DNA from: a virus
Lineage: Duplodnaviria; Caudoviricetes
Direction: 5' to 3' (one strand)
DNA length: 57,994 nucleotides
IMG/VR virus record: IMGVR_UViG_3300044971_003295
Location: 1 to 57,994 of that record
In this document: piece after piece, positions 1-11,966 of the stretch
How positions within the stretch are numbered: position 1 is the stretch's first letter
Layout of the letters: every line of letters begins with the position of its first letter
The notes under the pieces: model-generated
The model's database searches: none
Told to the model about the DNA's origin: nothing
Seen by the model: only the letters and a program-made list of their open reading frames with translations
Made by a program: the position numbers and the translations under genes

Positions 1-842
1 TTCGGATGCGGCGTAAAAGCTAGTAGCAGTAAAGTTTGTTGCCGAAACCCAAGACTGAAACGACGTGTAACTGACGCTATAGGTGTTAGTGTTACCTTTT
101 CTAGTGTAGGCAGGGTTGTTATAGGTAAACCTAGAGTATGTAGTTCCAGCAGTGTAGTTAGTGGCTAGTTTAAAGTAACTAACTGAGCTTGTGTAGACTG
201 CAAATACACTGTACGGAGTTGAAGAAGTGTAGGGCGTGGAAGCGGTATATAAACCGCCAGCTAACGTGTAGCTAGTTGCTCCTTGAGTGTATGTGGTGAC
301 TCCAGCAGTAAACGTATCTGCGCTTGAGGTAAAGGTATCCGCACCTTTAGTGTACGTCGCAGTTCCTACTGAGTATTGTGGCCCGCCGATGCTATATGTA
401 GTATCGCCTTTGGTATACCCGGTTGCGCCGGATGTGTATGTAGGTGCACTAGACGTGTATGTTGTTGCTCCGGATGTGTAGTTTGTATTTCCTGGTATGC
501 TGTTAAATGTTGAGTCAGTGGTGACCATCCACCAGTCGGAACTGCTTTGCACCCAGATGGCAGCGGAAGCGCCGTTGCCGACGTCAACAATGCTAAGGAT
601 GTTGTCCTGGGTTGGCATTGAAATTGTAGCGATTGGGTATGAAGACCCTACTAATGGAGTTGCGGTTGCGGTTGCTTTTGCTTTGCCGGAGTTCACTTCG
701 ATAACTCCCGAGATGGCGTCCCATTTGCTACCGTCAGTTGCTGTTCCTAGTGAGCCGGTAGTGTTTGACCTTGCGGCAAAGTTATCGTAAAACCGTTTTC
801 TTACTGAAGATACGGCACCTAAAAATACGTCTTTAATAGCCA

Positions 843-843
<1 letters not shown>
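1..843 (-). CDS. Virion/tail protein with Tyr-Thr periodic repeats (3' end runs off the window)
   Basis: Open frame from ATG at 843 (TAATG overlap with the upstream stop) to base 1: MAIKDVFLGAVSS...YTSGATT-YTSSAPT-YTSGATG-YTKGDTT. Absent from the ORF track, presumably because it has no stop in the window; co-oriented with the tail genes. Confidence 0.8.
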
Positions 844-2861
<2,018 letters not shown>

Positions 2862-2892
2862 GATAAGTCCTTCTGTTGCTTATATCTTACTA

Positions 2893-4434
2893 TTAGCCAA
2901 CTACTACAACACGGTAACTGTCAGCAGAAACGTTTGCAGTTGCAACCCAAGTTAAGGTTACGGCTGCGGTATTGGTTCTAGCTACATCAACTTCAACCTG
3001 CTCATAGGTGCTTAGTTCGTATACCTGAACGTTCACGTCCCTAGAAGCCATGCCGTGAGTAACAACCCAAGTGACTACGTTGCTGGCTGGCTGTAGAAGG
3101 GTGTTGTTTTCAGCATATTTGGTAGTGAATCCGAGGTTGGTTTTAGCGCCAGCGGCGGTTGAGGAGCCAGTACCACCGTCTGCAACAGCAATGTCAGTAC
3201 CATTCCATACACCAGTAGCGATAGTTCCAAGGGTAGTAATGGTGTTCTGACCAACGTAGGTTGAAGCAATGTCAACGCTGTCACCGTTAGCGGTGATTCG
3301 GTCGGCTGTGCCTACTACGTTTAGCGTGTTTCCAGTCTTGGTAAGACCGTCGCCTGCAGTAATCTGACCTAGGCCAGTGAACTGAGTAAACGTAAGAGCG
3401 GTAGTGCCAACAGTTACTGCACCGTCGTTAGTAAGTACCCAGCCAGAATCTGCGTTAGCCGTACCTTCTTCAACGAATACTGCAAAGTTTCCAGTTACTT
3501 CAGCGTTTGCATCTGCGTCTGTTGAACGTACAGGTGCACCAGTAGCCTGAACTACGTAGATACCGTTCTGTGAGCCAGTAGACTGGTTTTTGATAAGAAT
3601 GCGGTCTCCGGTAGCAAGCGTTACACCGTCAACCGTTGAACCATCAGCAAATGCTGATGCCAAAGTTCCAGTTGCAGTTGTAGCTACACGGACAGATGCT
3701 TTCCAGTCAATTCCCTGTGCTGCTGAGTCAACGTATGCCTTGGTTGCGGCGTCTGTTGCATCGGTAGGAGTTCCAAGACCGGTGATCTTGTTGGTGCCCA
3801 TCGCGATGGCACCAGTCATGGTACCGCCAGCTAGGGCCAGCTTTGCATCAAGCTGAGTCTGAACTGAGCTGGTAACGCCATCGACGTAGTTAAGCTCGGT
3901 GGCAGTGGCAGTAAGAACTACATCCTCGTTAATCTTTGGTGAGGTGAGTGTCTTGTTGGTTAGGGTCTGGGTGTTAGTTGTTCCAACTACTGCACCAGTA
4001 GCACCGTGCGCTTCTGTTGCACTTGTGTGGGTTGTGAGGTTGCCTGCAACTGTTGATGCTGAACCATATGCATCATATGTGTTCGTGGTTACAGAGATTG
4101 CACCAGTTGTGTCGTTGTAGGTAAGACCAGTTCCAACTGCGTTACCGATAGCGTCCTGAGCACGCTCGTCAGTGAAGTACTTGTTGGTCGAGCCTTCTTC
4201 AATGACGTCAGTAGTTAGTGCGTCAATAGCAGTGGTAATCTGAGTAGCGGTGTCGCCACCAGCAGCTAGAGAGACCCAAGCGCTACCGTTCCAGAGGGTG
4301 ATCTGGTTGGTGTCGGTGTCGTAGTAGATTTGACCTGCTACCGGGCTTGATGGCGCGGTGGATAGGTTTTGGATTCTTGCATTAAGAAGCTCATTCTTAT
4401 TAAGATTGAGCCCTGTTAAAAATGAGCGTGACAT
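2893..4434 (-). CDS. Tail fibre / baseplate-associated structural protein
   Basis: T/A/G-rich 513 aa; motifs DAATKAYVD, WKASVRVAT, GDRILIKNQ..QNGIY common in phage tail proteins. Confidence 0.75.
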   Translation of the reverse strand: MSRSFLTGLNLNKNELLNARIQNLSTAPSSPVAGQIYYDTDTNQITLWNGSAWVSLAAGGDTATQITTAIDALTTDVIEEGSTNKYFTDERAQDAIGNAVGTGLTYNDTTGAISVTTNTYDAYGSASTVAGNLTTHTSATEAHGATGAVVGTTNTQTLTNKTLTSPKINEDVVLTATATELNYVDGVTSSVQTQLDAKLALAGGTMTGAIAMGTNKITGLGTPTDATDAATKAYVDSAAQGIDWKASVRVATTATGTLASAFADGSTVDGVTLATGDRILIKNQSTGSQNGIYVVQATGAPVRSTDADANAEVTGNFAVFVEEGTANADSGWVLTNDGAVTVGTTALTFTQFTGLGQITAGDGLTKTGNTLNVVGTADRITANGDSVDIASTYVGQNTITTLGTIATGVWNGTDIAVADGGTGSSTAAGAKTNLGFTTKYAENNTLLQPASNVVTWVVTHGMASRDVNVQVYELSTYEQVEVDVARTNTAAVTLTWVATANVSADSYRVVVVG

Positions 4435-4443
4435 TTGATTTCC

Positions 4444-4797
4444 TTAGGATAGATAAGCAATTCCAGAAATAGTTGCTGAAAATGCAATGGTTAATGAGTT
4501 TGAGTTGGTGTGCGTTACTGCGCCTTCAACCATGGTGTTGGCGCTATCAAACACCGTTACATTTGGTCGAAAGTTTAAATTGTGTGCGATTGTCCAAGTA
4601 GCAGAGGCTGCTGCTTGGTTGTGAGTGTAGGAGACTAAAGCTGGAATATCTCCTGAAATAAGCCCTCCCGGACCTGTGGCTCCTGTAGGTCCGGTCGGTC
4701 CTTGAACGCCTTGAGGGCCTCCATAGGCGATTGTTACACTATTGCCAGTCTTATCGATCTGGACAATATTTGGTTTATCTTCGTATTCGACCGGCAT
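4444..4797 (-). CDS. Small virion structural protein with short collagen segment
   Basis: [13 protein letters not shown] followed by a W.I.HNL..P.V.V.D domain; sits in the tail operon. Confidence 0.65.
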   Translation of the reverse strand: MPVEYEDKPNIVQIDKTGNSVTIAYGGPQGVQGPTGPTGATGPGGLISGDIPALVSYTHNQAAASATWTIAHNLNFRPNVTVFDSANTMVEGAVTHTNSNSLTIAFSATISGIAYLS

Positions 4798-5162
4798 TAA
4801 CGAGTAACCTCCGGCCTTACTACGAAGTTTCCCTGTACCAATCTGCTGACTACACCTGATACAGGAGCTATTAGTTCCAGATCGTAAACGTGAATACCTG
4901 GGGTCAGGTTTGCGGTTACTGATGCTGGAACAGACATGGTGACGGTGCCTGCGGCTCCGCCTAAAGTTATGTATGTGTTCTCGGTGGTGAGAACTAGAAG
5001 TGTGGTGCTGGCGTCAACAGTGGCTCTGACGTGCATTCTCGCTGTGTATCCTGTGACGTTGATTGCCACTTTAGCAGAAGTTTTCCAGGTGATGGTACGC
5101 GAAAACGTCGCGCCTTGGTCGGCAACGATGTTATAGAGTCCTGCTGGTGGGCAACAGCTCAT
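4797..5162 (-). CDS. Virion structural protein (Ig-like tail/baseplate type)
   Basis: QGATF...N.TGY.A.M..R...YDLEL...R..QG pattern; first gene of the tail operon. Confidence 0.6.
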   Translation of the reverse strand: MSCCPPAGLYNIVADQGATFSRTITWKTSAKVAINVTGYTARMHVRATVDASTTLLVLTTENTYITLGGAAGTVTMSVPASVTANLTPGIHVYDLELIAPVSGVVSRLVQGNFVVRPEVTR

Positions 5163-5212
5163 GATGCCTCAATTCGGAAGAAAGGTGTAGTCCCTATTAT
5201 TGTACAACAAAT

Positions 5213-6163
5213 ATGGGAATGTTAGAATGTGGTATGGACCTAAAGACCTTTAAAGACCTGGGTGGAGAGACCTGGCGGGTTAGACGGCTCATCTCAAAAG
5301 ATGACCCGCATTGGTCAGCGTTTAACCCATCTATAGGGCTAAACCCTGATGGAAGTTTGATTGCACTATTTAGATCCAGCAACTATGTAATTGACCCGAA
5401 TAATGGCTCAATAATCATAGTTCAAGGTAATAAAGTAAGAAATCGTTTGTATTTTTCTCCGCTGGATAGCGAGTTTAAACCCGTTGAGCTTACTGAAATA
5501 CATATAATAAACTCTCCATTCCCCTTGGTTAGAGGAGTAGAAGATGCAAAACTTTATTATAGAGATAGCTCCTGGTACTTCACTGGAGTAATTAAAGAAT
5601 CTGATTACTGCCCTACACCTAAACTTGCAACTTTTAAACTTTTGTCACCTAATTCTGCTGAATTACTAAGAATATGGGACTTAACCGCCGAAATTACGGA
5701 GAAAAACTGGATGGCTCCAAGGGACAATAAAAATTTTGATTTTATATACGGTCCAACTTCTGTAGTAAAAAATAACAAAATAGTTGAGGTAAGAGAGTTA
5801 TCTGACTCGATTAGAAAAATTAGAGGCAACACTAACCTATTAGACCTGCCGGACGGATCGTATCTGTCTGTTGTGCATGAGACTAGAGGGGTTAGAAGTG
5901 CTGAGTACTATGACCCTAAATCTTTTAGCGTAAGGTCTAGCGTTCTAAGGGAGTACTCTCATAGGTTTGCGTTCTACTCGTCTGGCGGAGTTCTGATAAA
6001 ATTATCAAAGCAGTTTTGTTTTGAAAGTCCTGGCATAGAGTATGCAGCAGGATTAATCCTTAAAGATGGGTACATATACGTGTCGTACGGTAAAAAGGAT
6101 ATTAGGTCTCATGTTGCTAAAATTAGTATGGATTTAGTTTTGGATATGTTGGAGGAAGTATAA
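5213..6163 (+). CDS. Predicted glycoside hydrolase-like beta-propeller protein
   Basis: FNPSI, EDAKL, EKNW and SYG..D motifs; AT-richer than neighbours; true start may be 5234. Confidence 0.55.
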   Translation: MGMLECGMDLKTFKDLGGETWRVRRLISKDDPHWSAFNPSIGLNPDGSLIALFRSSNYVIDPNNGSIIIVQGNKVRNRLYFSPLDSEFKPVELTEIHIINSPFPLVRGVEDAKLYYRDSSWYFTGVIKESDYCPTPKLATFKLLSPNSAELLRIWDLTAEITEKNWMAPRDNKNFDFIYGPTSVVKNNKIVEVRELSDSIRKIRGNTNLLDLPDGSYLSVVHETRGVRSAEYYDPKSFSVRSSVLREYSHRFAFYSSGGVLIKLSKQFCFESPGIEYAAGLILKDGYIYVSYGKKDIRSHVAKISMDLVLDMLEEV

Positions 6164-6390
6164 TGTTAGATTTATTAGAGGACACCGACGTACGTACAAA
6201 TGATTCTAATGAAAACGAACAATTTGCTCATTATGCTGAAAAGGCCTCTGTAACTGAGGGGTATATTATGGGAACTCCAGTAATGGCTATATGCGGTAAA
6301 ATCTTTGTCCCCTCTAGAGACCCCGAAAAATTAAGGGTGTGTCCCCCTTGCAAAGAAATTTTAGATGCACTATTCTTATCTAGCGAGTAA
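6163..6390 (+). CDS. DUF3039-family Zn-binding protein (actinobacterial)
   Basis: HY..K...G.PV.A.CGK.FVP.RDP....CP.CKEI. Confidence 0.8.
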   Translation: MLDLLEDTDVRTNDSNENEQFAHYAEKASVTEGYIMGTPVMAICGKIFVPSRDPEKLRVCPPCKEILDALFLSSE

Positions 6391-6456
6391 TACTAGGTAT
6401 TTAAAAACTAGAGTATACTTGTAAAACTATCAATCCCTAACTCTAAGGCGGCACAA

Positions 6457-8496
6457 TTGTCTCTGTTCTCTTTTGAACTCAATAAAGAATTTGTAGCTGA
6501 ATATAAGAGCAAAGAATCTCCTTTCGGATACAAAGATGCCGCTGGCAACTCTGTAGGCGAAATCACATTCTTGCGAACATATTCACGTAAAAAGGAAGAT
6601 GGTACCAAAGAAACATGGGCAGAAGTCTGCGAACGTGTTACCAACGGTACTTACTCTATCCAGAAAGACCACGCAAAGCAGAACCGCTTGCCATGGTCAG
6701 ACGCTAAGGCTGCGGCCTCGGCAAAAGAGTTTTTCGACTCTCTATTCAATCTAAAGTGGTCACCACCTGGCCGTGGTCTTTGGGTTATGGGAACAGATAT
6801 TGTAAATCGTCAGAAGAACTCTGCGGCTCTTCAGAACTGTGCATTTGTCTCGACCCTAGAGATGACCAAGCAGAACCCTGGTAAGCCATTCGCGTTCCTT
6901 ATGGAAGCCTCGATGCTCGGCGTGGGAGTTGGCTTTGATGACAAGGGTGCTGACAAGAACTTTGAAATCTATGAGCCAGCTGGGTTCCAGGAATATGTAA
7001 TTCCGGACACCAGAGAAGGTTGGATGGAGTCAACTGTTGCTCTTATCAACTCGTTCCTAAAGCCAGACCAGCCAATCTGGGAGTTCAACTATGACCAGAT
7101 TCGTCCGTACGGTGCCCCGATTGCTACCTTCGGTGGAACCGCGTCAGGTCCAGACCCGTTGTTTGCACTTCACGGGAAGATTCGTGCAATTTTCTTAGGT
7201 CGTAAGGGTCAGCTCCTAACTACTGTCGACATTGCCGACATTGGTAACTTAATCGGTAGGTGTGTAGTTTCTGGAAACGTCCGTCGTTCGGCAGAACTTC
7301 TAATCGGTCGCATTGATGACGATAACTTCTTGAACCTTAAGAATGCAGAGGCGTTCCCGGAGCGTAACTCGTATGACCCAGAGACTCCAGGATGGGGTTG
7401 GATGTCAAACAACTCGGTCATGGTAAGCGTTGGTACTGACTTCTCAAAGATTATCGATGGCATTATCCGCAACGGTGAGCCAGGCGTAATCTGGGAAGAT
7501 GTGTCAAAGGCTTATGGCCGTCTAGGTGACCCAATCAACAACAAGGACCACCGCATCATGGGCTACAACCCTTGTGCAGAGCAGTCTCTCGAAAGCTATG
7601 AGATGTGTACCTTGGTTGAAACATACCTAAACCGCCACGAGAGTAAGGAAGACTACCTTCGTACTTTGAAGTTTGCTTACCTCTACGCTAAGACCGTAAC
7701 TCTCATGCCTACCCACTGGGAAGAGACCAACGCAATTATGCAGCGCAACCGTCGCATCGGAACTTCGATGTCTGGTATCGCTAACTTTGCTGACATCCAT
7801 GGGCTTCCGGCTCTTCGTACTTGGATGGACGAGGGCTACGCAGTTATCAAGAAGTACGATGTCACTTACTCGGAGTGGCTAGGTATTCGCGAGTCAATCA
7901 AGACTACGACCGTCAAGCCGTCGGGCACCGTGTCGATTCTTGCAGGCGAGAGCCCAGGCGTTCACTGGACTCCAGGTGGCGAGTACTTTATGCGTGCTAT
8001 CCGCTTTGGTAACAATGACCCGATGCTTCCGCTATTCAAGATGGCTAACTACAATGTAGAGCCAGCTTCAGAGAGTCCAGAGACTACCTCGGTAGTGTTC
8101 TTCCCAATCAAGTCAGGTGCAAAGCGTGCAGAGCGCGGCGTTACTATCTTTGAGAAGATGGCACTTGCTGCTACTGCCCAGCGTTACTGGTCAGACAACT
8201 CGGTGTCAGTCACCATCTCGTTTGACCCAGAGACGGAAGCTCAGCACGTTGAGTCTGTGCTTCACATGTATGACGGTCAGCTCAAGACGGTATCGTTCTT
8301 GCCATCTGGTAACTACACCTACCCTCAAATGCCTTACACCCAGATTACAAAAGAAGAGTATGAGAGCGCGGCTGAGAAGTTGTTCCCTATCTCGTTTGAT
8401 GGCGTCTACCAGGGTCTAGGCGTTGAAGCTATTGGCGAAGCCTACTGCACCACAGACGCATGTGAAGTAAAGCTCATCAAGGAAAACCAGAAGTAA
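6457..8496 (+). CDS. nrdJ: Class II (adenosylcobalamin-dependent) ribonucleotide reductase
   Basis: RTYSR, PPGRGLW, NPCAEQ active site, TTVKPSGTVS, C-terminal C.TDAC; TTG start. Confidence 0.93.
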   Translation: MSLFSFELNKEFVAEYKSKESPFGYKDAAGNSVGEITFLRTYSRKKEDGTKETWAEVCERVTNGTYSIQKDHAKQNRLPWSDAKAAASAKEFFDSLFNLKWSPPGRGLWVMGTDIVNRQKNSAALQNCAFVSTLEMTKQNPGKPFAFLMEASMLGVGVGFDDKGADKNFEIYEPAGFQEYVIPDTREGWMESTVALINSFLKPDQPIWEFNYDQIRPYGAPIATFGGTASGPDPLFALHGKIRAIFLGRKGQLLTTVDIADIGNLIGRCVVSGNVRRSAELLIGRIDDDNFLNLKNAEAFPERNSYDPETPGWGWMSNNSVMVSVGTDFSKIIDGIIRNGEPGVIWEDVSKAYGRLGDPINNKDHRIMGYNPCAEQSLESYEMCTLVETYLNRHESKEDYLRTLKFAYLYAKTVTLMPTHWEETNAIMQRNRRIGTSMSGIANFADIHGLPALRTWMDEGYAVIKKYDVTYSEWLGIRESIKTTTVKPSGTVSILAGESPGVHWTPGGEYFMRAIRFGNNDPMLPLFKMANYNVEPASESPETTSVVFFPIKSGAKRAERGVTIFEKMALAATAQRYWSDNSVSVTISFDPETEAQHVESVLHMYDGQLKTVSFLPSGNYTYPQMPYTQITKEEYESAAEKLFPISFDGVYQGLGVEAIGEAYCTTDACEVKLIKENQK

Positions 8497-8511
8497 TATC
8501 TGTAAAGCAGG

Positions 8512-8541
8512 AAAGCCGTCCTTCGGGGCGGCTTTTTTGTT
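8512..8541 (+). terminator. Intrinsic terminator
   Basis: AAAGCCGTCC-TTCG-GGGCGGCTTT followed by a T-run. Confidence 0.85.
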
Positions 8542-8627
8542 ATCAATTTGTAATTGCCTCTTGCGTAAATTAAGAGGCCAAGATAGGCTTTTTCTAGTGC
8601 CAACAAGCAGAAAATAAGGAACTAAAT

Positions 8628-8951
8628 ATGCCAGCGTTTGAGTCGTTTTTCCCAGAAGATTATCCAGATTTTGAAGAATTTGGGACTCCTCCCTGCGCTA
8701 CGAGCGACCCTGACTCCTTCTTTTCTGAAGACCATCCTGATGGAATGAAAAAGATTCGGCCTATCTACCGCTATGAGCGTGAAGCAAAGCAAATATGCCT
8801 AGAGTGTCCTTATATGAAACGATGCTTGCAGTTTGCTTTGGACAACCCCGACGTGCAAGGTATCTGGGGAGCAACCACTGAGCAGCAGCGAATTAAGATA
8901 AGGAAGGGTATTCCGGTTTCCATAGCCCTGCCCTCAAGTAAACATCGCTAA
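8628..8951 (+). CDS. whiB: WhiB-family Fe-S transcription factor
   Basis: C..DPD.FF...AKQICLECPY...C...GIWG. Confidence 0.9.
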   Translation: MPAFESFFPEDYPDFEEFGTPPCATSDPDSFFSEDHPDGMKKIRPIYRYEREAKQICLECPYMKRCLQFALDNPDVQGIWGATTEQQRIKIRKGIPVSIALPSSKHR

Positions 8952-9015
8952 AATGAGGTAAAATAGTATTGCCTGGGAGAGGGTGCTAATTAACCATACC
9001 TATCCCGGGAGAATT

Positions 9016-9276
9016 ATGTACATATTAAAAACCATCCTAAAGCGTACTGTCGCTTTGGTGATTCTAAAAGTCAGTGCAGTTCTAGCCGCCGGTTCTATCG
9101 GTGGCGTTGAGCTGTGGCAGTCAGCCCTTATCGCCGCGTTTGTCGGTGTCATGGAAGTTGCTGAATCTCTAGCCCGTGCCTATGTTGTAGACGGAAATCT
9201 AAGCGAAGACGAGATCAACGTTGCGTTCGCATCGTCTGCTGAAGCTGAAGTTGCTAAGAACAAGGGCGTCAACTAG
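9016..9276 (+). CDS. Small membrane protein (possible holin)
   Basis: Two hydrophobic segments; GGGAG RBS before ATG 9016. Confidence 0.5.
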   Translation: MYILKTILKRTVALVILKVSAVLAAGSIGGVELWQSALIAAFVGVMEVAESLARAYVVDGNLSEDEINVAFASSAEAEVAKNKGVN

Positions 9277-9282
9277 TTCAAT

Positions 9283-9321
9283 AAAAAAAGAACCCCCTGC
9301 GAAAGCAGGGGGTTTTTTCTT
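9283..9321. terminator. Bidirectional intrinsic terminator
   Basis: A-run, AACCCCCTGC-GAAA-GCAGGGGGTT, T-run between convergent genes. Confidence 0.85.
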
Positions 9322-9323
9322 AA

Positions 9324-9794
9324 TTAGATTATGTCTTCGCCTTTGAGTTTAGTTCTGGCTACTCCATAGTACAAAGGGTTAGCTGAGCTCAGGCCCATAG
9401 CTTTTGCAATCTTAGTGAGCGAGATACCTTTGTCTTCGTATTCGAAGCGAAGTGCTTCGTGATACTGGTCTGTCCCGTAAGTCTTGGCAGTTTGAATTCT
9501 TTCGACTGCTTCCTGAATTTCGGTTGGTGTTGCCTTGCTACGAGTTCTTTTAGCTGCTACTGGAATCTCGGCCATGATTACTCGGCGTCGAACTCCTGCG
9601 TATGTGACCTCAAGCTTCTTGGCTAGAGCCAACAGGCTACCGCCCTTCGAGTAGTACTCAACGAGAAGTTCCGTATAGGTCCTAGATGCGTCATGCTGAG
9701 GAGACTTGGTGTCTCTTGATCCGTATGCCTTTTTGGCTAGTGGCAGTACCGGAGCGATTTTCTCCGCGTACTCTTCTAGTAGTTCGTCTTTCAT
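9324..9794 (-). CDS. Protein with two HTH-like repeats
   Basis: GSLLALAKKLEVTYAGV and ISLTKIAKAMGLSSANPL; AAGGAG RBS. Confidence 0.6.
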   Translation of the reverse strand: MKDELLEEYAEKIAPVLPLAKKAYGSRDTKSPQHDASRTYTELLVEYYSKGGSLLALAKKLEVTYAGVRRRVIMAEIPVAAKRTRSKATPTEIQEAVERIQTAKTYGTDQYHEALRFEYEDKGISLTKIAKAMGLSSANPLYYGVARTKLKGEDII

Positions 9795-9915
9795 ATTTGC
9801 TCCTTAGTGCTGGAAGATATAACTCACTATAATCAGGTTAAATAATACTTGTCAAGTACTTTACAAAAGAATTATTTGTGTGTTAGCATGTTCAAATCTA
9901 AAGAAAGGAATGACC

Positions 9916-10047
9916 ATGGCAAAAGGTAAAGGCGGCGGTCCTGCCCCTAAAAAGGGTGGCAATGATGACCGCAACAACAAGAAGGCGTTTAAGAAGCGTC
10001 CGAAGATATTTGACGCAATCAAGCGTCGTCTAATCACTAAGTCATAG
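9916..10047 (+). CDS. Small, highly basic protein (43 aa)
   Basis: MAKGKGGGPAPKKGG...KRRLITKS; GAAAGGA RBS; below the ORF-track length cutoff. Confidence 0.65.
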   Translation: MAKGKGGGPAPKKGGNDDRNNKKAFKKRPKIFDAIKRRLITKS

Positions 10048-10064
10048 TTTGCTATAATTGATGC

Positions 10065-10445
10065 ATGGGATACACAGGCGATAAGAAGCGAGAATACCAG
10101 CTCGACTACGTGACTAAGCGCAAGCGCGACTGGATTAAGTCTCAGGGCGGTAAATGTAAGAAGTGCGGGTCAACCAGCAATCTAGAGGTTGACCACATTG
10201 ATGAGAATGACAAGACATTTAACCCCCGTGACATATGGTCTCGTAGCGAAGAAGTTCGTAAGAAAGAGCTTCAACACTGTCAAGTCTTATGTGAAACATG
10301 CCATCAAAACAAAACAGACTCGTACAATAAAGATAAGAAAGAAGCGGCTATCATTGCTTGTGGTACTCCAGAGAAGTACAGTAGTGGGTGCAGGTGCTTT
10401 GTTTGCCGTCAGGACCATGTGTTTGCTTGGCGAAACTTGGTCTAG
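10065..10445 (+). CDS. HNH endonuclease
   Basis: CKKCG...LEVDHID...CQVLCETCH; TATAAT 6 nt upstream suggests a leaderless mRNA. Confidence 0.85.
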   Translation: MGYTGDKKREYQLDYVTKRKRDWIKSQGGKCKKCGSTSNLEVDHIDENDKTFNPRDIWSRSEEVRKKELQHCQVLCETCHQNKTDSYNKDKKEAAIIACGTPEKYSSGCRCFVCRQDHVFAWRNLV

Positions 10446-10471
10446 CTTTTAATACAACTAAATATAGAAAC

Positions 10472-10803
10472 GGGGATGACAGGTTTCGACTGGCATCTGA
10501 AGTTTGGTGAAGCAAGCCGAGATGGCGGAGTCTCGTAAAACCGCTAAAAGAAATAAATGCTGAATCACGTTCTGCATTCGCTCTAGCTGCTTAGTAGCAG
10601 TTAGAACCCCTAGAAAAGCACTAATCCTAAGTGGGCAGCTAGGCTTTAAATAAATAGGATAACCCGCACCACGTCCATGCTGGAGACGTAAAACTGTAGC
10701 ACCAGGAGATGTGGCAGTGCAGTCTCCGAAATATTCACTGCCTAAGCTTGTAGAAGAACAAATCGAATATGTTAGGACGCGGGTTCAATTCCCGCCATCT
10801 CCA
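10472..10803 (+). ncRNA. ssrA: tmRNA, tag (A)AESRSAFALAA
   Basis: 5' GGGGATG...TTCGAC; 3' T-arm GCGGG-TTCAATT-CCCGC; acceptor CATCTCC-A with a G3.U70 pair; tag ORF 10559-10594 after AAATAAAT. Confidence 0.95.
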
Positions 10804-10804
10804 C

Positions 10805-10834
10805 TTGACAACCGTAAGAAAAGAATGTTAATGT
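10805..10834 (+). promoter_or_regulatory. sigma70-type promoter
   Basis: TTGACA-18nt-TAATGT. Confidence 0.6.
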
Positions 10835-10840
10835 ATAAGT

Positions 10841-11030
10841 AACTGCTAGATTCAGCTGAGGAATCGCCCATAGCAACCTGAGTAGTATCCGAACCAATAG
10901 TACCCCGCAAGGCGTTGAGTAGTAAGAGAACCAATATGGAATGCATCGGAATCTGAGGTCGCGCTCGGATAGTACGTTTATTAGATGGATATCAGCGAAT
11001 CCCCCTGTGGAAACACAGGGGGTTTTGCTT
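10841..11030 (+). ncRNA. Candidate structured ncRNA of unknown family
   Basis: Own promoter and terminator (CCCCTGTG-GAAA-CACAGGGG plus T-run); closing stem GATTCAGCTGA/TCAGCGAATC; inner stem TATCCGA/TCGGATA; no sense ORF in the track. Confidence 0.55.
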
Positions 11031-11049
11031 TATGGTATGGTAGGTGACT

Positions 11050-11388
11050 ATGGCTAGAAAAAAGCAATCTGTTCCTAGCGGTCCAAGGCCGAACGACAAC
11101 TGGGTGATTGAGACAGAGATTCAGATCAACGGTCGCAATGTCGTGCCTGGAACTGAACTGAAGATAGAAGGAGAGCGTGGACGCTTCCTTTTCATGAGAT
11201 ACGTAGTCAACGGGGAAATCTCTTGGATAGACGTGCATGGCGGGTCAAAAGGCTATGAGCACACAAGAAGCTTTAGACTTGACAGGGTAAAGCGTGTACA
11301 CTATAAAAATCAAAGTACAACGAATCTTGCCAAAGAATACAAGGAAAAACTTAAGGCTAAACGGGATGAAAGTCCGGACGCCGTATAA
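11050..11388 (+). CDS. Hypothetical protein (beta-rich, basic)
   Basis: Clean ORF with AGGTG RBS. Confidence 0.65.
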   Translation: MARKKQSVPSGPRPNDNWVIETEIQINGRNVVPGTELKIEGERGRFLFMRYVVNGEISWIDVHGGSKGYEHTRSFRLDRVKRVHYKNQSTTNLAKEYKEKLKAKRDESPDAV

Positions 11389-11423
11389 ACTTGGGGTTAA
11401 GGTTATACAAGAAAAGAGATGAA

Positions 11424-11966
11424 ATGATTATTGGATTGTCAGGTTGGGCGCGTTCGGGTAAAGATACTGTTGCCAATCACCTTGTGGATAACTTTGGCTT
11501 TGTCAAGGTGTCCTTTGCAGAGCCTATGCGCGAGGCTTTAGTCCGCCTAAATCCTACGATTTCAATAAACGGGCTTCGCACGGAGCTTGCTTCTGCCGTT
11601 CGACTAATAGGCTGGGAGGACCTTAAATCCCAGAGCCCCGAAGTTCGTGGCCTCATGCAACGTTTCGGGACTGAAATTGGTCGAGAGATGTTTGGACAGG
11701 ACTTCTGGGTAAACCTAGCCCTGTCACGCGTGGAGCCTGGAGCGAACGTAGTTATCCCCGACTGTCGCTACCCTAACGAAGCCGACGCCATTAAGGCAAC
11801 CGGCGGTGTCGTGTGGAGAGTAGAACGTAACGGAGTTGGTCCAGCCAATGACCACGATTCAGAAAGAGCTCTAGACTCTTACAAGTTTGACCAGCGCCTA
11901 GCCAACTACGAAACTTTCGACGTCCTTAATGGATTAGTAGATGACTTGGTGGCTAGTGTCCTATAG
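11424..11966 (+). CDS. Deoxynucleoside monophosphate kinase
   Basis: IIGLSGWARSGKDT P-loop, FAEPMR, R.LMQ.FGTE.GR, DCRYPNE, H.SE. Confidence 0.88.
   Translation: MIIGLSGWARSGKDTVANHLVDNFGFVKVSFAEPMREALVRLNPTISINGLRTELASAVRLIGWEDLKSQSPEVRGLMQRFGTEIGREMFGQDFWVNLALSRVEPGANVVIPDCRYPNEADAIKATGGVVWRVERNGVGPANDHDSERALDSYKFDQRLANYETFDVLNGLVDDLVASVL

Noticed and set aside
6457-8496. Intron or intein in nrdJ or terL
   Set aside because: Both have normal lengths and uninterrupted motifs
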